Shown here piece after piece: positions 7,824 to 17,872 of a stretch of DNA of 64,000 nt. The DNA is from a virus: IMG/VR virus record IMGVR_UViG_3300013094_000036, positions 8,149 to 72,148 of that record; one strand, given 5' to 3'. The notes under the pieces were generated by a model, which was not told where the DNA came from, did not search any database, and was given only the letters and a program-made list of their open reading frames with translations. A program made the position numbers and the translations under genes. How positions within the stretch are numbered: the first letter of the stretch is position 1; the number at the start of each line of letters is the position of its first letter.

Positions 7824-9710
7824 ATGACCAAAAAATCCACTGAAGAAATTGTAAAACTCACTGATTTTCAACACCACCGACTACGAACAGAGATGTATCT
7901 AGGCAGCAGAAATATTCACACGCAGACTGTGATAAACTGGGATGGTAAAAAATTAGCAGCACAAGAAGTTTCTTGGACTCCTGCAGCTTATTGTGCATTT
8001 AGAGAAATTTTTGATAACAGTCTTGATGAAGTCGTTGGGCACGGACACGGAACAAAAATTGATATCTCATATGATCCAGATACTCTTACTTTTGGTGTTG
8101 CTGATGATGGTAGAGGCATTCCCATTGACTGGGACGAAAATGAACGTATGCACAAGGCAACAATTGCGCTAACACAAAGCAGGGCAGGTAGAAACTTTGG
8201 CAAGCGTGAAGAAGTTCGTGGAACAAATGGTATTGGCAGCAGTGTTGTTGTTTCCTGTTCTAAAGAATTCTCAGTGGATATTAGGCGAGATGGTAAAAGA
8301 TTTCAACAGACATTTAGAGAAGGTTCAGATTTACTCCCAGAATTAGACATCAGTGAACCTCATATCGTCAAAAGTTCTGCTAAATCTGGAACTGAAACAA
8401 AATTCACTTTAAGTTCTGTTGTATTTCCACGCGCCAGTATTCCAATCGAATTTGTCCGTGCCAGAATATTTGAAGTGGCAGCAAATCATCCAAAAATTCG
8501 ATTTACTTTCAATGGCGAAAAAATCACAATTGGCAAGAGCGTAGATAAGACACTGTTCCCAAATCAAACCCCTGTGATAATTTCTATTAGTCAGGATAAT
8601 TTTTCAAGTACATACTATCTACTTCCTGATTTTGCTACAGAAGGTGAGTTTTTACATAGCACTGTTAATGACATACCAGCCTTCAACGGTGGACAACATA
8701 TTGATACATTTAAACGATTGTTTTTCAGTGGCATGTTAAAAGCCCTGGAACGTGAGAGTAAGCGCAGAGGTTTGATGCCCAACAGAAGTGACATTGCTGA
8801 GGGTATGCTAATATACAATACCACTACCATGCATGCTCCCAACTTTGACAGTCAATCCAAGACTAGATTGATAAATGATGAAGTGGACAAATACATCCGA
8901 GCAAGTATGGATGATGAAAACACATTCAAAAATATAATCCGCAACAATAAATCTTGGATTGAAAATATCTATGCTCGCTGTGCTGCCCGTACTCAAAAGA
9001 AAGATGACGCAGATATTGCCAAAAAGAATAGAAAACTGTTGCGAACTAAAATTCCCAAACTTCTAGATGCAAATGCTAGAAATCGCAGCAATTGTATTCT
9101 GTTGATTTGTGAGGGGGACAGTGCTAAAAGCATGGTAGCAGCAGTGCGAGATCCAGAAATTCATGGGGCTTTACCTCTTCGGGGAAAGATACTTAATGTT
9201 CGCGGTGAATCACCAAAAACCGTTATTGAAAATCAAATTATAGCAGATATCATGACTGCTGTTGGTGTTGGTCTTGGACAACCAGCAGATAGAAAAGAAA
9301 TGCGATATGGAAAAATCTATCTGGCTGCTGACCAAGATCCAGATGGTGCAAATATCACGGCATTATTAGTGAATTTCTTTTATCTACATTGGCCAGAATT
9401 GTTTGATCCAAAATTACCAGCAGTTTTTTACGTGTTTCAAACTCCTTTTATAATTCAGGAAAAAGGCAAAAAAAGATACTATTGGTATGCTGATGATTAT
9501 CAAAATTATAATCCAGAAGATTGGCGAGGTGCTCCGAAACCTACTAGAGCCAAAGGTTTGGGAAGTTTAGAGGAAATAGACTGGGTACACAGTTTGACAA
9601 ATCCTCGCTTGATTCCATTGACAGATGATGGCAATCTTGCAGAAGCATTGGATTTGATTTTTAATGAATCACGAGCAGATGATAGAAAACATTGGGTAGG
9701 ATTGGATTAA
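7824..9710 (+). CDS. DNA topoisomerase II, ATPase/TOPRIM subunit (T4 gp39+60 / GyrB-like)
   Basis: EIFDNSLDE, DDGRGIP, GTNGIG, EGDSA, PLRGKILN, DQDPDG and KGLG motifs. Confidence 0.95.
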   Translation: MTKKSTEEIVKLTDFQHHRLRTEMYLGSRNIHTQTVINWDGKKLAAQEVSWTPAAYCAFREIFDNSLDEVVGHGHGTKIDISYDPDTLTFGVADDGRGIPIDWDENERMHKATIALTQSRAGRNFGKREEVRGTNGIGSSVVVSCSKEFSVDIRRDGKRFQQTFREGSDLLPELDISEPHIVKSSAKSGTETKFTLSSVVFPRASIPIEFVRARIFEVAANHPKIRFTFNGEKITIGKSVDKTLFPNQTPVIISISQDNFSSTYYLLPDFATEGEFLHSTVNDIPAFNGGQHIDTFKRLFFSGMLKALERESKRRGLMPNRSDIAEGMLIYNTTTMHAPNFDSQSKTRLINDEVDKYIRASMDDENTFKNIIRNNKSWIENIYARCAARTQKKDDADIAKKNRKLLRTKIPKLLDANARNRSNCILLICEGDSAKSMVAAVRDPEIHGALPLRGKILNVRGESPKTVIENQIIADIMTAVGVGLGQPADRKEMRYGKIYLAADQDPDGANITALLVNFFYLHWPELFDPKLPAVFYVFQTPFIIQEKGKKRYYWYADDYQNYNPEDWRGAPKPTRAKGLGSLEEIDWVHSLTNPRLIPLTDDGNLAEALDLIFNESRADDRKHWVGLD

Positions 9711-9712
9711 TC

Positions 9713-10006
9713 ATGGGTAAATTTGTATATTGTACATCACTTGACCATACAAAGTGGCTGGCACCAGACATATCTGCAGGCATTAACCTGTCTGCTGAAA
9801 CGTTGGACAACATCAATCGGTATAAACTTCGGCAATGGATAGAACAACATTGCGAAGATACTGTGTGGATGTGGAACGGTTGCCAAATGCCTGATATGGG
9901 ACAAGAGCCTTGGGGGCATTTGGTGTCGCCAAGTGGAGTAGGGATATTTTTCTTTGAAAAAGAACATGATAAGAGTCTGTTTTACATGACTTGGGTAGTT
10001 TTATGA
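9713..10006 (+). CDS. small protein of the W-rich 'F..E.DA..F.LTW' paralog family
   Basis: C-terminal FFFEKEHDKSLFYMTW. Confidence 0.65.
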   Translation: MGKFVYCTSLDHTKWLAPDISAGINLSAETLDNINRYKLRQWIEQHCEDTVWMWNGCQMPDMGQEPWGHLVSPSGVGIFFFEKEHDKSLFYMTWVVL

Positions 10007-10070
10007 GATTAAATTTCATGGCATGATAAATTAACATCTGAATGAAAACAACAACAACGAGTTATATACA

Positions 10071-11423
10071 ATGAACAATACAACCAACTTTATAAAAGAC
10101 AGCAGCAGAGAGTACTCCATTTATGTTTGCCAAAAGCGAGGGATACCCAGTGCCAGCGATGGACTAAAAGACTCGCAACGCAAAGTATTGTTTGTGATGA
10201 AAACACAAAACGAAAAAATCAAAACTATTTCTCTGGCTGGTCGCATGATATCAGAAAATATTTACGTACATGGCGATGCGGCAGCATGTGATACAATATC
10301 CCTGATGGCTGCTCCATATTGTAATAATGTTCCTTTGTTATCAGGTGTGGGAGCATTTGGAACTCGTGTTGGACCAGATGACTGGGGTGCTCCTCGTTAT
10401 ACCTATGTAAAGAAAAACTCTTATACAGACGCATTGGTCTATCAAGATTACGACATTGTACCACTGAAAGAAAATTATGATGGAAGCGTGTTGGAACCAA
10501 AGCATTTTTTACCACTTATACCTATAGTTTTACTAAATGGTGTCAGTGGTATTGCTGTTGGTTGGAGCACAGAAATTCTACCACATAGTCTAACAAGTTT
10601 AATTGATGCCACACTGGCTGCAATTGACAACAAGAAAACTCTGCCTGATTTGCTGCCCTGTTATGAATACTTGGGCTGTTCTGTGAGAGGAATTGGTGAT
10701 AATGCCTATGAATTTAAAGGCAAAGCAACAATAGATGGCAGTAGTATTATTGTAACAGAACTACCACCAGATATAAGTTTGGAAAAATTTAAAGCAAAAC
10801 TGAATAAACTAGAAGATGAAGAAAAAATCCAAACATATGTTGATCGCAGCACCAAAGATATACATGTAGAAGTAAGATTTAAACGAGGTTCCATCACTGG
10901 CTGGACAGAGGCCAAAGCATTGGAATTTCTAAAACTAAACAGTAAAACTACACAGCGTTTGGTTGTGTTAGACTGGGATGGCAACAACGTCAGGCAATAT
11001 GATTCTACAGAATCTCTTATCAGAGACTTTGTTGAATGGCGAGTTGGATTTTACACAGTAAGATATCAAAAATTAATCCGTGATGCCACTTATCAACTTA
11101 ACTGGAATCTAGCACTAAAACAGTGTTATGATAAGGGATTGCCAGCATGGCTTCCTCGTGCACAAACGGCTGCAGAAGTTGTAGAAAAAATTCGATCAAT
11201 ATGTGCCAAAATTGACGTAGATCATGATCAAATTGACAGGATTTCAGCACTACCAAGTTATCGGTGGGCGAGAGATTCATATGATAAGACACTGAAGAAC
11301 ATTGACGATTTGACTACAACTATTGCAGACTACAACATCATTCTAAATGATCCGCAAAAAATTCGTGCTATCTATCGTCAAGAAGTTGCAGCACTGAAAA
11401 AACTGCCAAAAATAGAGCGATAA
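10071..11423 (+). CDS. DNA topoisomerase II, breakage-reunion subunit (T4 gp52 / GyrA-like)
   Basis: DGLKDSQRK, YVHGD, catalytic APRY and NGVSGIAVGW motifs. Confidence 0.95.
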   Translation: MNNTTNFIKDSSREYSIYVCQKRGIPSASDGLKDSQRKVLFVMKTQNEKIKTISLAGRMISENIYVHGDAAACDTISLMAAPYCNNVPLLSGVGAFGTRVGPDDWGAPRYTYVKKNSYTDALVYQDYDIVPLKENYDGSVLEPKHFLPLIPIVLLNGVSGIAVGWSTEILPHSLTSLIDATLAAIDNKKTLPDLLPCYEYLGCSVRGIGDNAYEFKGKATIDGSSIIVTELPPDISLEKFKAKLNKLEDEEKIQTYVDRSTKDIHVEVRFKRGSITGWTEAKALEFLKLNSKTTQRLVVLDWDGNNVRQYDSTESLIRDFVEWRVGFYTVRYQKLIRDATYQLNWNLALKQCYDKGLPAWLPRAQTAAEVVEKIRSICAKIDVDHDQIDRISALPSYRWARDSYDKTLKNIDDLTTTIADYNIILNDPQKIRAIYRQEVAALKKLPKIER

Positions 11424-11431
11424 ATATTGCA

Positions 11432-11896
11432 ATGAAAGCCCAAGACTTGAAAATACGAACAAAACAAGGAGCAGGATGTTTGATATTCTGCAGGTCAACA
11501 GATAGATTTCTGTTGATTTTACGCAGTGAACTTGTTCCTGTTGCCCTTACTTGGAGTTTACCCGGAGGCTCTGTTGATCCTGGTGAAACTCCAGAACAGG
11601 CTGCACGCAGAGAAGTACAGGAAGAAATTGGATTTGTGTTAGAAGATAACCCACTACAACTGATATACACAAATGAAACACATGCCCCAAGATTTAAATT
11701 CTACACCTATGCTGCCACAGTTGACAAAGAATTTAAGCCAACTCTTAACTGGGAAAGTGCAGAGTACACCTGGTGTGATTTGGATAATTTACCATCACCG
11801 CTACATTGGGGTATGAGCCAACTGCTGGCATTTGATCGTGCAGCAGAAAGACTAAAAAAATTTGTAGATGCTGAAAAAGACAAGCACAGTTATTGA
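11432..11896 (+). CDS. NUDIX hydrolase
   Basis: Nudix box GGSVDPGETPEQAARREVQEEIG. Confidence 0.92.
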   Translation: MKAQDLKIRTKQGAGCLIFCRSTDRFLLILRSELVPVALTWSLPGGSVDPGETPEQAARREVQEEIGFVLEDNPLQLIYTNETHAPRFKFYTYAATVDKEFKPTLNWESAEYTWCDLDNLPSPLHWGMSQLLAFDRAAERLKKFVDAEKDKHSY

Positions 11897-11948
11897 ATTT
11901 GATTGACAAGATTTATAAAAACCTTTAAATTACAAGCAGGAGATTTAC

Positions 11949-12914
11949 ATGGAACTGCTTGATCTTGTTGAAATTAAAAATCTGTTGAAATTCAGTAATA
12001 AATGTGTTATTGGTGTAAGTGGAGGCATTGACAGCATCTGTCTTCTTCACTGGTTTGCAGAAAATAAATCACATTTTTCCTGTGATATTCAAGCCATTCA
12101 TATTGATCATGGCATTCATTCAGACAGTCATCACTGGAGGGAATTTGTTCATGCAGAGTGTGAAAAAGTGGGTATTGCTATTCGCTCACACAAAGTAGAT
12201 CTCACGGGTTTGGGAAATAATCTTGAATATGCTGCTCGCAAAGCCCGATATCAGGTATTTTGTACATCAGGAGCAGATACAATTATTCTTGCCCATCATG
12301 CAAACGATCAATGTGAAACATTTCTCCTAAAACTTTTCCGTGGTAGTGGCATTCGAGGTCTTAAAAGTATGCAACAAACCAGTGCATGTTGGTATGATAG
12401 TAAAATTAAAATTGTCAGACCCATGCTCAAAATTACAAAAACAACTATTGAAATGTGGGCAGAAGAAAAGAATATTACTGGAATTTTGGACCCCAGTAAT
12501 CTTGACCTACGGTATGACAGAAACTTTCTTCGTAATAAAATCTGGCCTGATATTTTAGAAAGATTTGGAGTGGCAGATGTTAATACTATCCGCAGTATTC
12601 AACATATTGAAGAAGCATGGGATCTGACTTCACAGTTGGCTGACATGGATATTGAATCAGTTCGACTATCAGATAATTCTCTTGACTGGCTAAAAATCAA
12701 AGAATTGAGTTATCTTCGTGTGAAGAATCTTGTTTTGCGTCTGCTGGGTCAAGAAGAAGTTTACACATTCAGTATTGGTCAGGTAGAACAGTTTGCAAAT
12801 GGTTTGCTATCTGCAACCATGGACAACAGAAATCAATTAATCACTAAAAATATTATTCTTACAAAGGTGGGAAAACGAATTATAGTTGAACGAATAGTTC
12901 AACAGGCTGCTTGA
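11949..12914 (+). CDS. tilS: tRNA(Ile)-lysidine synthetase
   Basis: SGGIDS PP-loop, HIDHG, EYAARKARY, AHHANDQCET, RP, DPSN and RNFLR motifs. Confidence 0.92.
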   Translation: MELLDLVEIKNLLKFSNKCVIGVSGGIDSICLLHWFAENKSHFSCDIQAIHIDHGIHSDSHHWREFVHAECEKVGIAIRSHKVDLTGLGNNLEYAARKARYQVFCTSGADTIILAHHANDQCETFLLKLFRGSGIRGLKSMQQTSACWYDSKIKIVRPMLKITKTTIEMWAEEKNITGILDPSNLDLRYDRNFLRNKIWPDILERFGVADVNTIRSIQHIEEAWDLTSQLADMDIESVRLSDNSLDWLKIKELSYLRVKNLVLRLLGQEEVYTFSIGQVEQFANGLLSATMDNRNQLITKNIILTKVGKRIIVERIVQQAA

Positions 12915-12945
12915 CATAATTGAGATAAAATTTATAAAATTATCA

Positions 12946-13662
12946 ATGTCAGATAGTTCCGCATTAATTGTAATTCCCACAACTGGGGCAGATTTTTTAG
13001 CAGACGCTGTAGCAAGCGCTGTAACACAAACACATAAAAACACACAATGTTTGGTGATTATCGATGGTCCTGAATATGAAGAAAAATCTAAGAAAATTTT
13101 ACGCCATTTTCCCAGTGTAAAACCCATGACATTACCCTGGAATACAGGTGCAAATGGTTGGTATGGACACAGGATTTATTTTCTTTCAGCACCTCTTGTT
13201 GAGCAGGACTATTGGTTTGCTCTTGACCAAGATAACTGGTTTGAACCAACCCATGTTGAAAGCCAAATTGCAACTTGTGAAAGAAATAATTATCGATGGT
13301 GTCATAGTTTAAGAAAAATTTATGATAACACTGGAAAATACATCTGTGATGATGACTGTGAAAGTCTAGGTAGATATCCTATATATTTCAATGATCAACA
13401 TCATCTGGTAGATACAAGTACATACTGTATAAAACGAGATGTTATAGTAGCCATGGCATCAGCATGGTACAGTGGCTGGGGCGGAGATAGACGATTTTAC
13501 AGTGTAATCTCTCATCATGTTCCAGAGTTTGGCTGTAGTGGACAATCAACTGTTTGTTATAGGCTAGATGGAAATCCCAACTCAGTTACTGCCGATTTTT
13601 TCCTGCAAGGCAATCAAATACAAAAACAACGATATCCTAGAGGATTTCCCTGGAGAATCTAG
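12946..13662 (+). CDS. glycosyltransferase family 2
   Basis: IVIPT, IIDG and LDQD (DxD) motifs. Confidence 0.85.
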   Translation: MSDSSALIVIPTTGADFLADAVASAVTQTHKNTQCLVIIDGPEYEEKSKKILRHFPSVKPMTLPWNTGANGWYGHRIYFLSAPLVEQDYWFALDQDNWFEPTHVESQIATCERNNYRWCHSLRKIYDNTGKYICDDDCESLGRYPIYFNDQHHLVDTSTYCIKRDVIVAMASAWYSGWGGDRRFYSVISHHVPEFGCSGQSTVCYRLDGNPNSVTADFFLQGNQIQKQRYPRGFPWRI

Positions 13663-13666
13663 CCTG

Positions 13667-13921
13667 TCAGTAGATAGCCCCAGCAACTTGAATGGCAGCG
13701 TTTAAACACTGTTCCAACAGAATTTTGTTATTGAGATCATCGGCTGCTTCTGCTACTTTTACCATGGCAGAGAGATCTTGCATAAGGTCAAGATATTCTG
13801 CTTGAGATATCTGACCAGAATCCAATGCCTGTTGATATTGCAGTGCTTGTGCAGCATTATATGCCACCATCTGGCTGGCACTGGCCGCGAGAAAATTCAA
13901 ATTATTGATAACTTGACTCAT
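13667..13921 (-). CDS. hypothetical protein
   Basis: 84 aa, ATGA-coupled to the upstream lipoprotein gene. Confidence 0.65.
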   Translation of the reverse strand: MSQVINNLNFLAASASQMVAYNAAQALQYQQALDSGQISQAEYLDLMQDLSAMVKVAEAADDLNNKILLEQCLNAAIQVAGAIY

Positions 13922-14295
13922 AGTAATTTCAACTTATTCCCTTCAGATTTTGCGATTAATCTAGCAGTATTATAGATGTTGTTGACTTTTTGTTTGCAGT
14001 AAATCTGACTAACAGTTCCTTTTGACATCATGGATTTGAATCTGTTAATTTCATCAAATTGTTCAGTGAGCATTTTAACAAGGTCATTGTCACTTCTGCC
14101 TGCCGCATCTTCTAGTGCATACACAGTATCGTTGTAAATTCTGATAAAATTTGCTTGCATGGAATCAGTTGTGGCACAAACAGCATCACTATTCCCAGTT
14201 ATTGCCGCAACATCTACCATACGATCATAGTTTGTTTGATTGAATTTTGCTGTACAACCCGCCAAAACCAAACTCATGACTACAATATATTTCAT
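13918..14295 (-). CDS. putative lipoprotein
   Basis: MKYIVVMSLVLAGC lipobox. Confidence 0.7.
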   Translation of the reverse strand: MKYIVVMSLVLAGCTAKFNQTNYDRMVDVAAITGNSDAVCATTDSMQANFIRIYNDTVYALEDAAGRSDNDLVKMLTEQFDEINRFKSMMSKGTVSQIYCKQKVNNIYNTARLIAKSEGNKLKLL

Positions 14296-14353
14296 GAAAC
14301 TATTTATATCTGGCATAATTATCTATATAATGGTCTAAAAGCGAGCCAACATA

Positions 14354-15001
14354 ATGCGAGTAATTTTTTGTCTTCCTGGCAAACAGTTTAGTAATAACTA
14401 TTTTAATTCTTGGAATGCCACCATATCTGCTCTCAATGAGCAAGGCATTTCCTTTGCGTATTCGATGACATACGATCCTGTTGTGTATTATACAAGAAAT
14501 AGAATACTGGGAGGTCAAAATACTCTTGGAAAAATTCAAAAACCCTGGCAAGGAAGTATAGTTTATGACAAAATGTTTTGGATAGACAGTGACATTGTCT
14601 GGAAACCAGAAGATGTGCTGGCTCTGTTGGCAAGTGATAAACCTATTATTTCTGGAACCTATCTTATGAGTAATGCAACACATTTTCCCATTGTAGAAAA
14701 CTTAGACTTCAGTGTGTTAGCAAGCGTTGGCACATTTCAATTTATGACACAGCCCGATGTTTCTGCTAAAACTACGCCTTTTAAAGTGAGTTATACTGGG
14801 TTTGGTTTTATTTGCATTAAACAAGGAATACTGGAAACCATGGAATATCCATGGTTTCAACCAAGATGGATATCAAATCAAAACTTTCATGATTTTTGTG
14901 CAGAAGATGTTGGCTTCTGTTGGACAGCGCAGGAACTGGGTCATGATATATGGGTCGATCCCTCAATCAAGGTTGGTCATGAAAAAATAATTTTACTTTA
15001 A
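14354..15001 (+). CDS. GT2-like glycosyltransferase (T4-like phage type)
   Basis: WIDSD, GFGFICIK, EDVGFC and VGHEK motifs. Confidence 0.8.
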   Translation: MRVIFCLPGKQFSNNYFNSWNATISALNEQGISFAYSMTYDPVVYYTRNRILGGQNTLGKIQKPWQGSIVYDKMFWIDSDIVWKPEDVLALLASDKPIISGTYLMSNATHFPIVENLDFSVLASVGTFQFMTQPDVSAKTTPFKVSYTGFGFICIKQGILETMEYPWFQPRWISNQNFHDFCAEDVGFCWTAQELGHDIWVDPSIKVGHEKIILL

Positions 15002-15284
15002 TTTTTTCTGACATTTTATAATAAATATACTGTATGGTCGCATAAACAACACAATAAATTGAATTATTGAGCAAAAAATCTTTTCACCTGTTTCTTTAAT
15101 AACTCATATACCAAGAAACCAACGAGTCGAAACACACATTGCACCTATTATCGTAATTAAAAAAACTGTAATACAGTAAAGTAATAAGTTAAGCAGAAAA
15201 TTAAACTTTCAAAATAGATTGATATAGTGTAAAATTTTATTTAGAGTTTTGTATCTATATAAGGCTTGGGGGATATATACTTTT

Positions 15285-16040
15285 ATGACTTGGAATATTT
15301 TAGATATTGTAAAAGCTGGAAATTTTCTTCCTGATGTCAGGAAAATAACAACTCATTGGTGCTCCAGTGATTCACAAGAACTATTTGAAAAAAATCTTAG
15401 AATTCAACCAGATGATTGGATATGGAGAACGCGGCAAGTTAAATATACACTTAATTCTGTAAGATATCGTTGTCCAGAATGGCAGGACATAGATTGGAAA
15501 AATTCTATTCTGATGTTCGGCTGCTCACAGGTATTCGGCATAGGAGTTGATGACGCGGACACAATCCCAAATATTTTATCCACCCTTTTAGGAACTCCTG
15601 TTATAAATCTTGGTATATCCGGTTCTAGTATGCTTTTTTCTTTTCACAATGCGTTGCAATACCATGCTGGCAATCGGCCAACCCCATTGGGTGTAATAAA
15701 TCTATGGACCTCGTGTTGTAGAACGACTACATATAAAAAAGATTGGATTGAATATCACGGTCCATGGAATATAAAGCAAGAGGATATATTTGATTTATAC
15801 AATATAGACGCTATAAACCCAAAAATTAATGCATTGCAAATAGAACGGTCTAGTCGCATAATATGGAAAGATACAAAATATTTCAGTGCATCATTCTTTG
15901 ATGATACGGTTGATGCCTTGGGATGTGTTAATCTAACTCATACTTGTAAAACACTCAATGATTCCAGAGATGGCATCCACACAGGACCTGATAGTAATAA
16001 AAGAGTAGCAGAGTATCTAGCCAATAAAATAAATTATTAA
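15285..16040 (+). CDS. SGNH hydrolase-like protein
   Basis: FGCSQVFG, NLGISGSS and DGIHTG motifs. Confidence 0.6.
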   Translation: MTWNILDIVKAGNFLPDVRKITTHWCSSDSQELFEKNLRIQPDDWIWRTRQVKYTLNSVRYRCPEWQDIDWKNSILMFGCSQVFGIGVDDADTIPNILSTLLGTPVINLGISGSSMLFSFHNALQYHAGNRPTPLGVINLWTSCCRTTTYKKDWIEYHGPWNIKQEDIFDLYNIDAINPKINALQIERSSRIIWKDTKYFSASFFDDTVDALGCVNLTHTCKTLNDSRDGIHTGPDSNKRVAEYLANKINY

Positions 16041-16106
16041 CAATTTTGCAGATATCTAGAAAAAAACCTTGACATTTAAAATAGAATACCCTATATTAAT
16101 ACTCAA

Positions 16107-16742
16107 GGGAAGCATACAGCAAACCAACAAATTGCTTTCGGTGCAAAACAAAGTCTTCCCGCCACTATGTTCTTTGAATTTTCTTATTGGGATTGTTACA
16201 GCAATACTATCAAATGCAAACAGGAGCACAACCTGTATAAATAAGGGCAAAAACAATCCAGTTTTATATCAACGAAGACTGCAGCAAAATAAAATTTGCG
16301 ATTGTTCTTCTATAACTAAGTGTTTTACACAATATCATATATTGTAAAAAAACTGACCATGCTATGATTTGGTGCTAAAGTAGAGTAACTGGACTTTTAA
16401 CCCAGCGCTGCTCGATTTAGCATCATTTTTTTTTAAATTTCATCACAATATTTTTTTCAAAAATTACATTGACAGCAGCCAAAAAATCAATTATTATCAA
16501 GTTAATGAAAAAATATATATCATATCGTGGAACGTTGCAATACCCCATTGGGTCAGGCAATATTCTTAAAATTTTATCTAGGTGACTTTCAAGGTTGGGT
16601 TCAGCAAACTTTTCGGATGAAACGACACCCCAAAAGGGTGTTGTGAGGATGGTTCAAACCCACCAACGGATTCTGAAATACAAAAAGAAGATTGAGTTCC
16701 GCAACACAAAATTGTTTTCATATAACAACCAAGTTCAATCTG
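16107..16742 (+). ncRNA. array of putative small structured RNAs sharing a CAGCAA motif (units 16107-16164, 16190-16261, 16274-16310, 16593-16668, 16689-16742)
   Basis: Each unit is a closing stem + (A/G/T)CAGCAA or CCGCAA + internal hairpin; sigma70 promoters at 16069 and 16469. Confidence 0.7.
16370..16425 (+). ncRNA. long hairpin capped by a tRNA-Lys(UUU)-like anticodon arm, followed by a T run
   Basis: TGGTGCTAAA/TTTAGCATCA and GAGTA/TGCTC stems; CTGGA-CTTTTAA-CCCAG. Confidence 0.55.
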
Positions 16743-16758
16743 TAAACAAACGGCGACA

Positions 16759-17718
16759 TTACTGTCGCCGTTTTCTTGTCTGTCCTCTTCTCCAAAGTGT
16801 TTGATCAAATGTGATGAAATCTTCAGGATTGATACGCTTGTTATCGATACCGTTTGTTATGAATATTTGTCCTGCTAATTTTGGAATAGGCGCAGTAGTC
16901 TTACCTCTATACCAAACAGTCAAATCATAGTTTTCAAGATCTTTCGGCCAAATCCTCTTATTTTCAACTCCATTTGTTATGAATATTTGTCCGGTCAATC
17001 CTGCACTAACATTTTTTCGATGTTCGTCTGTTGCAGGTTTTCCTTTATTCCAAGTCGGCTTGCCTTTTTGTGCGTTGCTAATGTTTTGTCGATGTTCATC
17101 AGATAATTGCTTTCCTGCATTCAGTTCTCGCAAATGTTGTTTTGTTTCATCGCTATGAGTTTTTCCATAAAAACCGTTTTTCTCACCAACCAATTTTCCT
17201 CGCATTGCAATAGACTGTTTCAGTTTTTGCTCGTCTGATATAGTTCCACCTTTATTCCAATTTGGGACACTTTTTGGTTTTCGCATATTTACTGTGGTTG
17301 TTCTTGGTTTGCGCATTTTCTGTTTAGCTTCTTCAGTTTTTGGCAATCCTTTGGTGAATTTGGATAGTTGTTTTCGTAGAAATTCATATTGTTGGGCACA
17401 AATTTTGTATCGATCCCTGCCATTACTCCTCATCGTCATTTGCCAATTTGCATATGCTAACTTTGATTTCATTTGATTGTCACCGACCATCTTGACCAAT
17501 AGCATATGACAGATAAAATGTTCTTTTGCAGTGAGATCAACGAGGTTCTCGAGATCATGGTCGCCTCCTAATCGAAAGCATTTTGGGAGAATATGATGTG
17601 TTTCCGAATATCCGATTATTTCTTGTCTATTGATTGCATTCTCGATAATCTTTACATACCAGTTAGTGTATTTGTTTTGTAGACATAGAGAATGAATTTG
17701 TTGTATATAAATATTCAT
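16759..17718 (-). CDS. free-standing HNH homing endonuclease with NUMOD3 repeats
   Basis: ETHHILPKC...NLVDLTAKEHFICHMLL; repeated GKTHSDETK / SDEHRQNIS motifs. Confidence 0.9.
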   Translation of the reverse strand: MNIYIQQIHSLCLQNKYTNWYVKIIENAINRQEIIGYSETHHILPKCFRLGGDHDLENLVDLTAKEHFICHMLLVKMVGDNQMKSKLAYANWQMTMRSNGRDRYKICAQQYEFLRKQLSKFTKGLPKTEEAKQKMRKPRTTTVNMRKPKSVPNWNKGGTISDEQKLKQSIAMRGKLVGEKNGFYGKTHSDETKQHLRELNAGKQLSDEHRQNISNAQKGKPTWNKGKPATDEHRKNVSAGLTGQIFITNGVENKRIWPKDLENYDLTVWYRGKTTAPIPKLAGQIFITNGIDNKRINPEDFITFDQTLWRRGQTRKRRQ

Positions 17719-17872
17719 GCTGTTGCCCTCCTACGGCAATAGAGCGGTTGGGGACTTCCGATCCCGTGAATCGCAATCGATATATTTGTTCTAAATTATG
17801 TGTTGACAATCACCTGCACATAATCTATTATTAAGAATATAGAACAGCAATTCAATCGCAAAGAGGTAAAAA

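Noticed and set aside
16107-16742. CRISPR-like array or real tRNA genes
   Set aside because: The units share only a 6-7 nt motif and an architecture, not a repeat sequence; none forms a cloverleaf
16056-16808. ORFs 16056-16256, 16069-16347, 16578-16808 and 16595-16804
   Set aside because: Non-ATG or SD-less starts (16069 is a -35 box), no recognisable protein features, and they overlap structured RNA units
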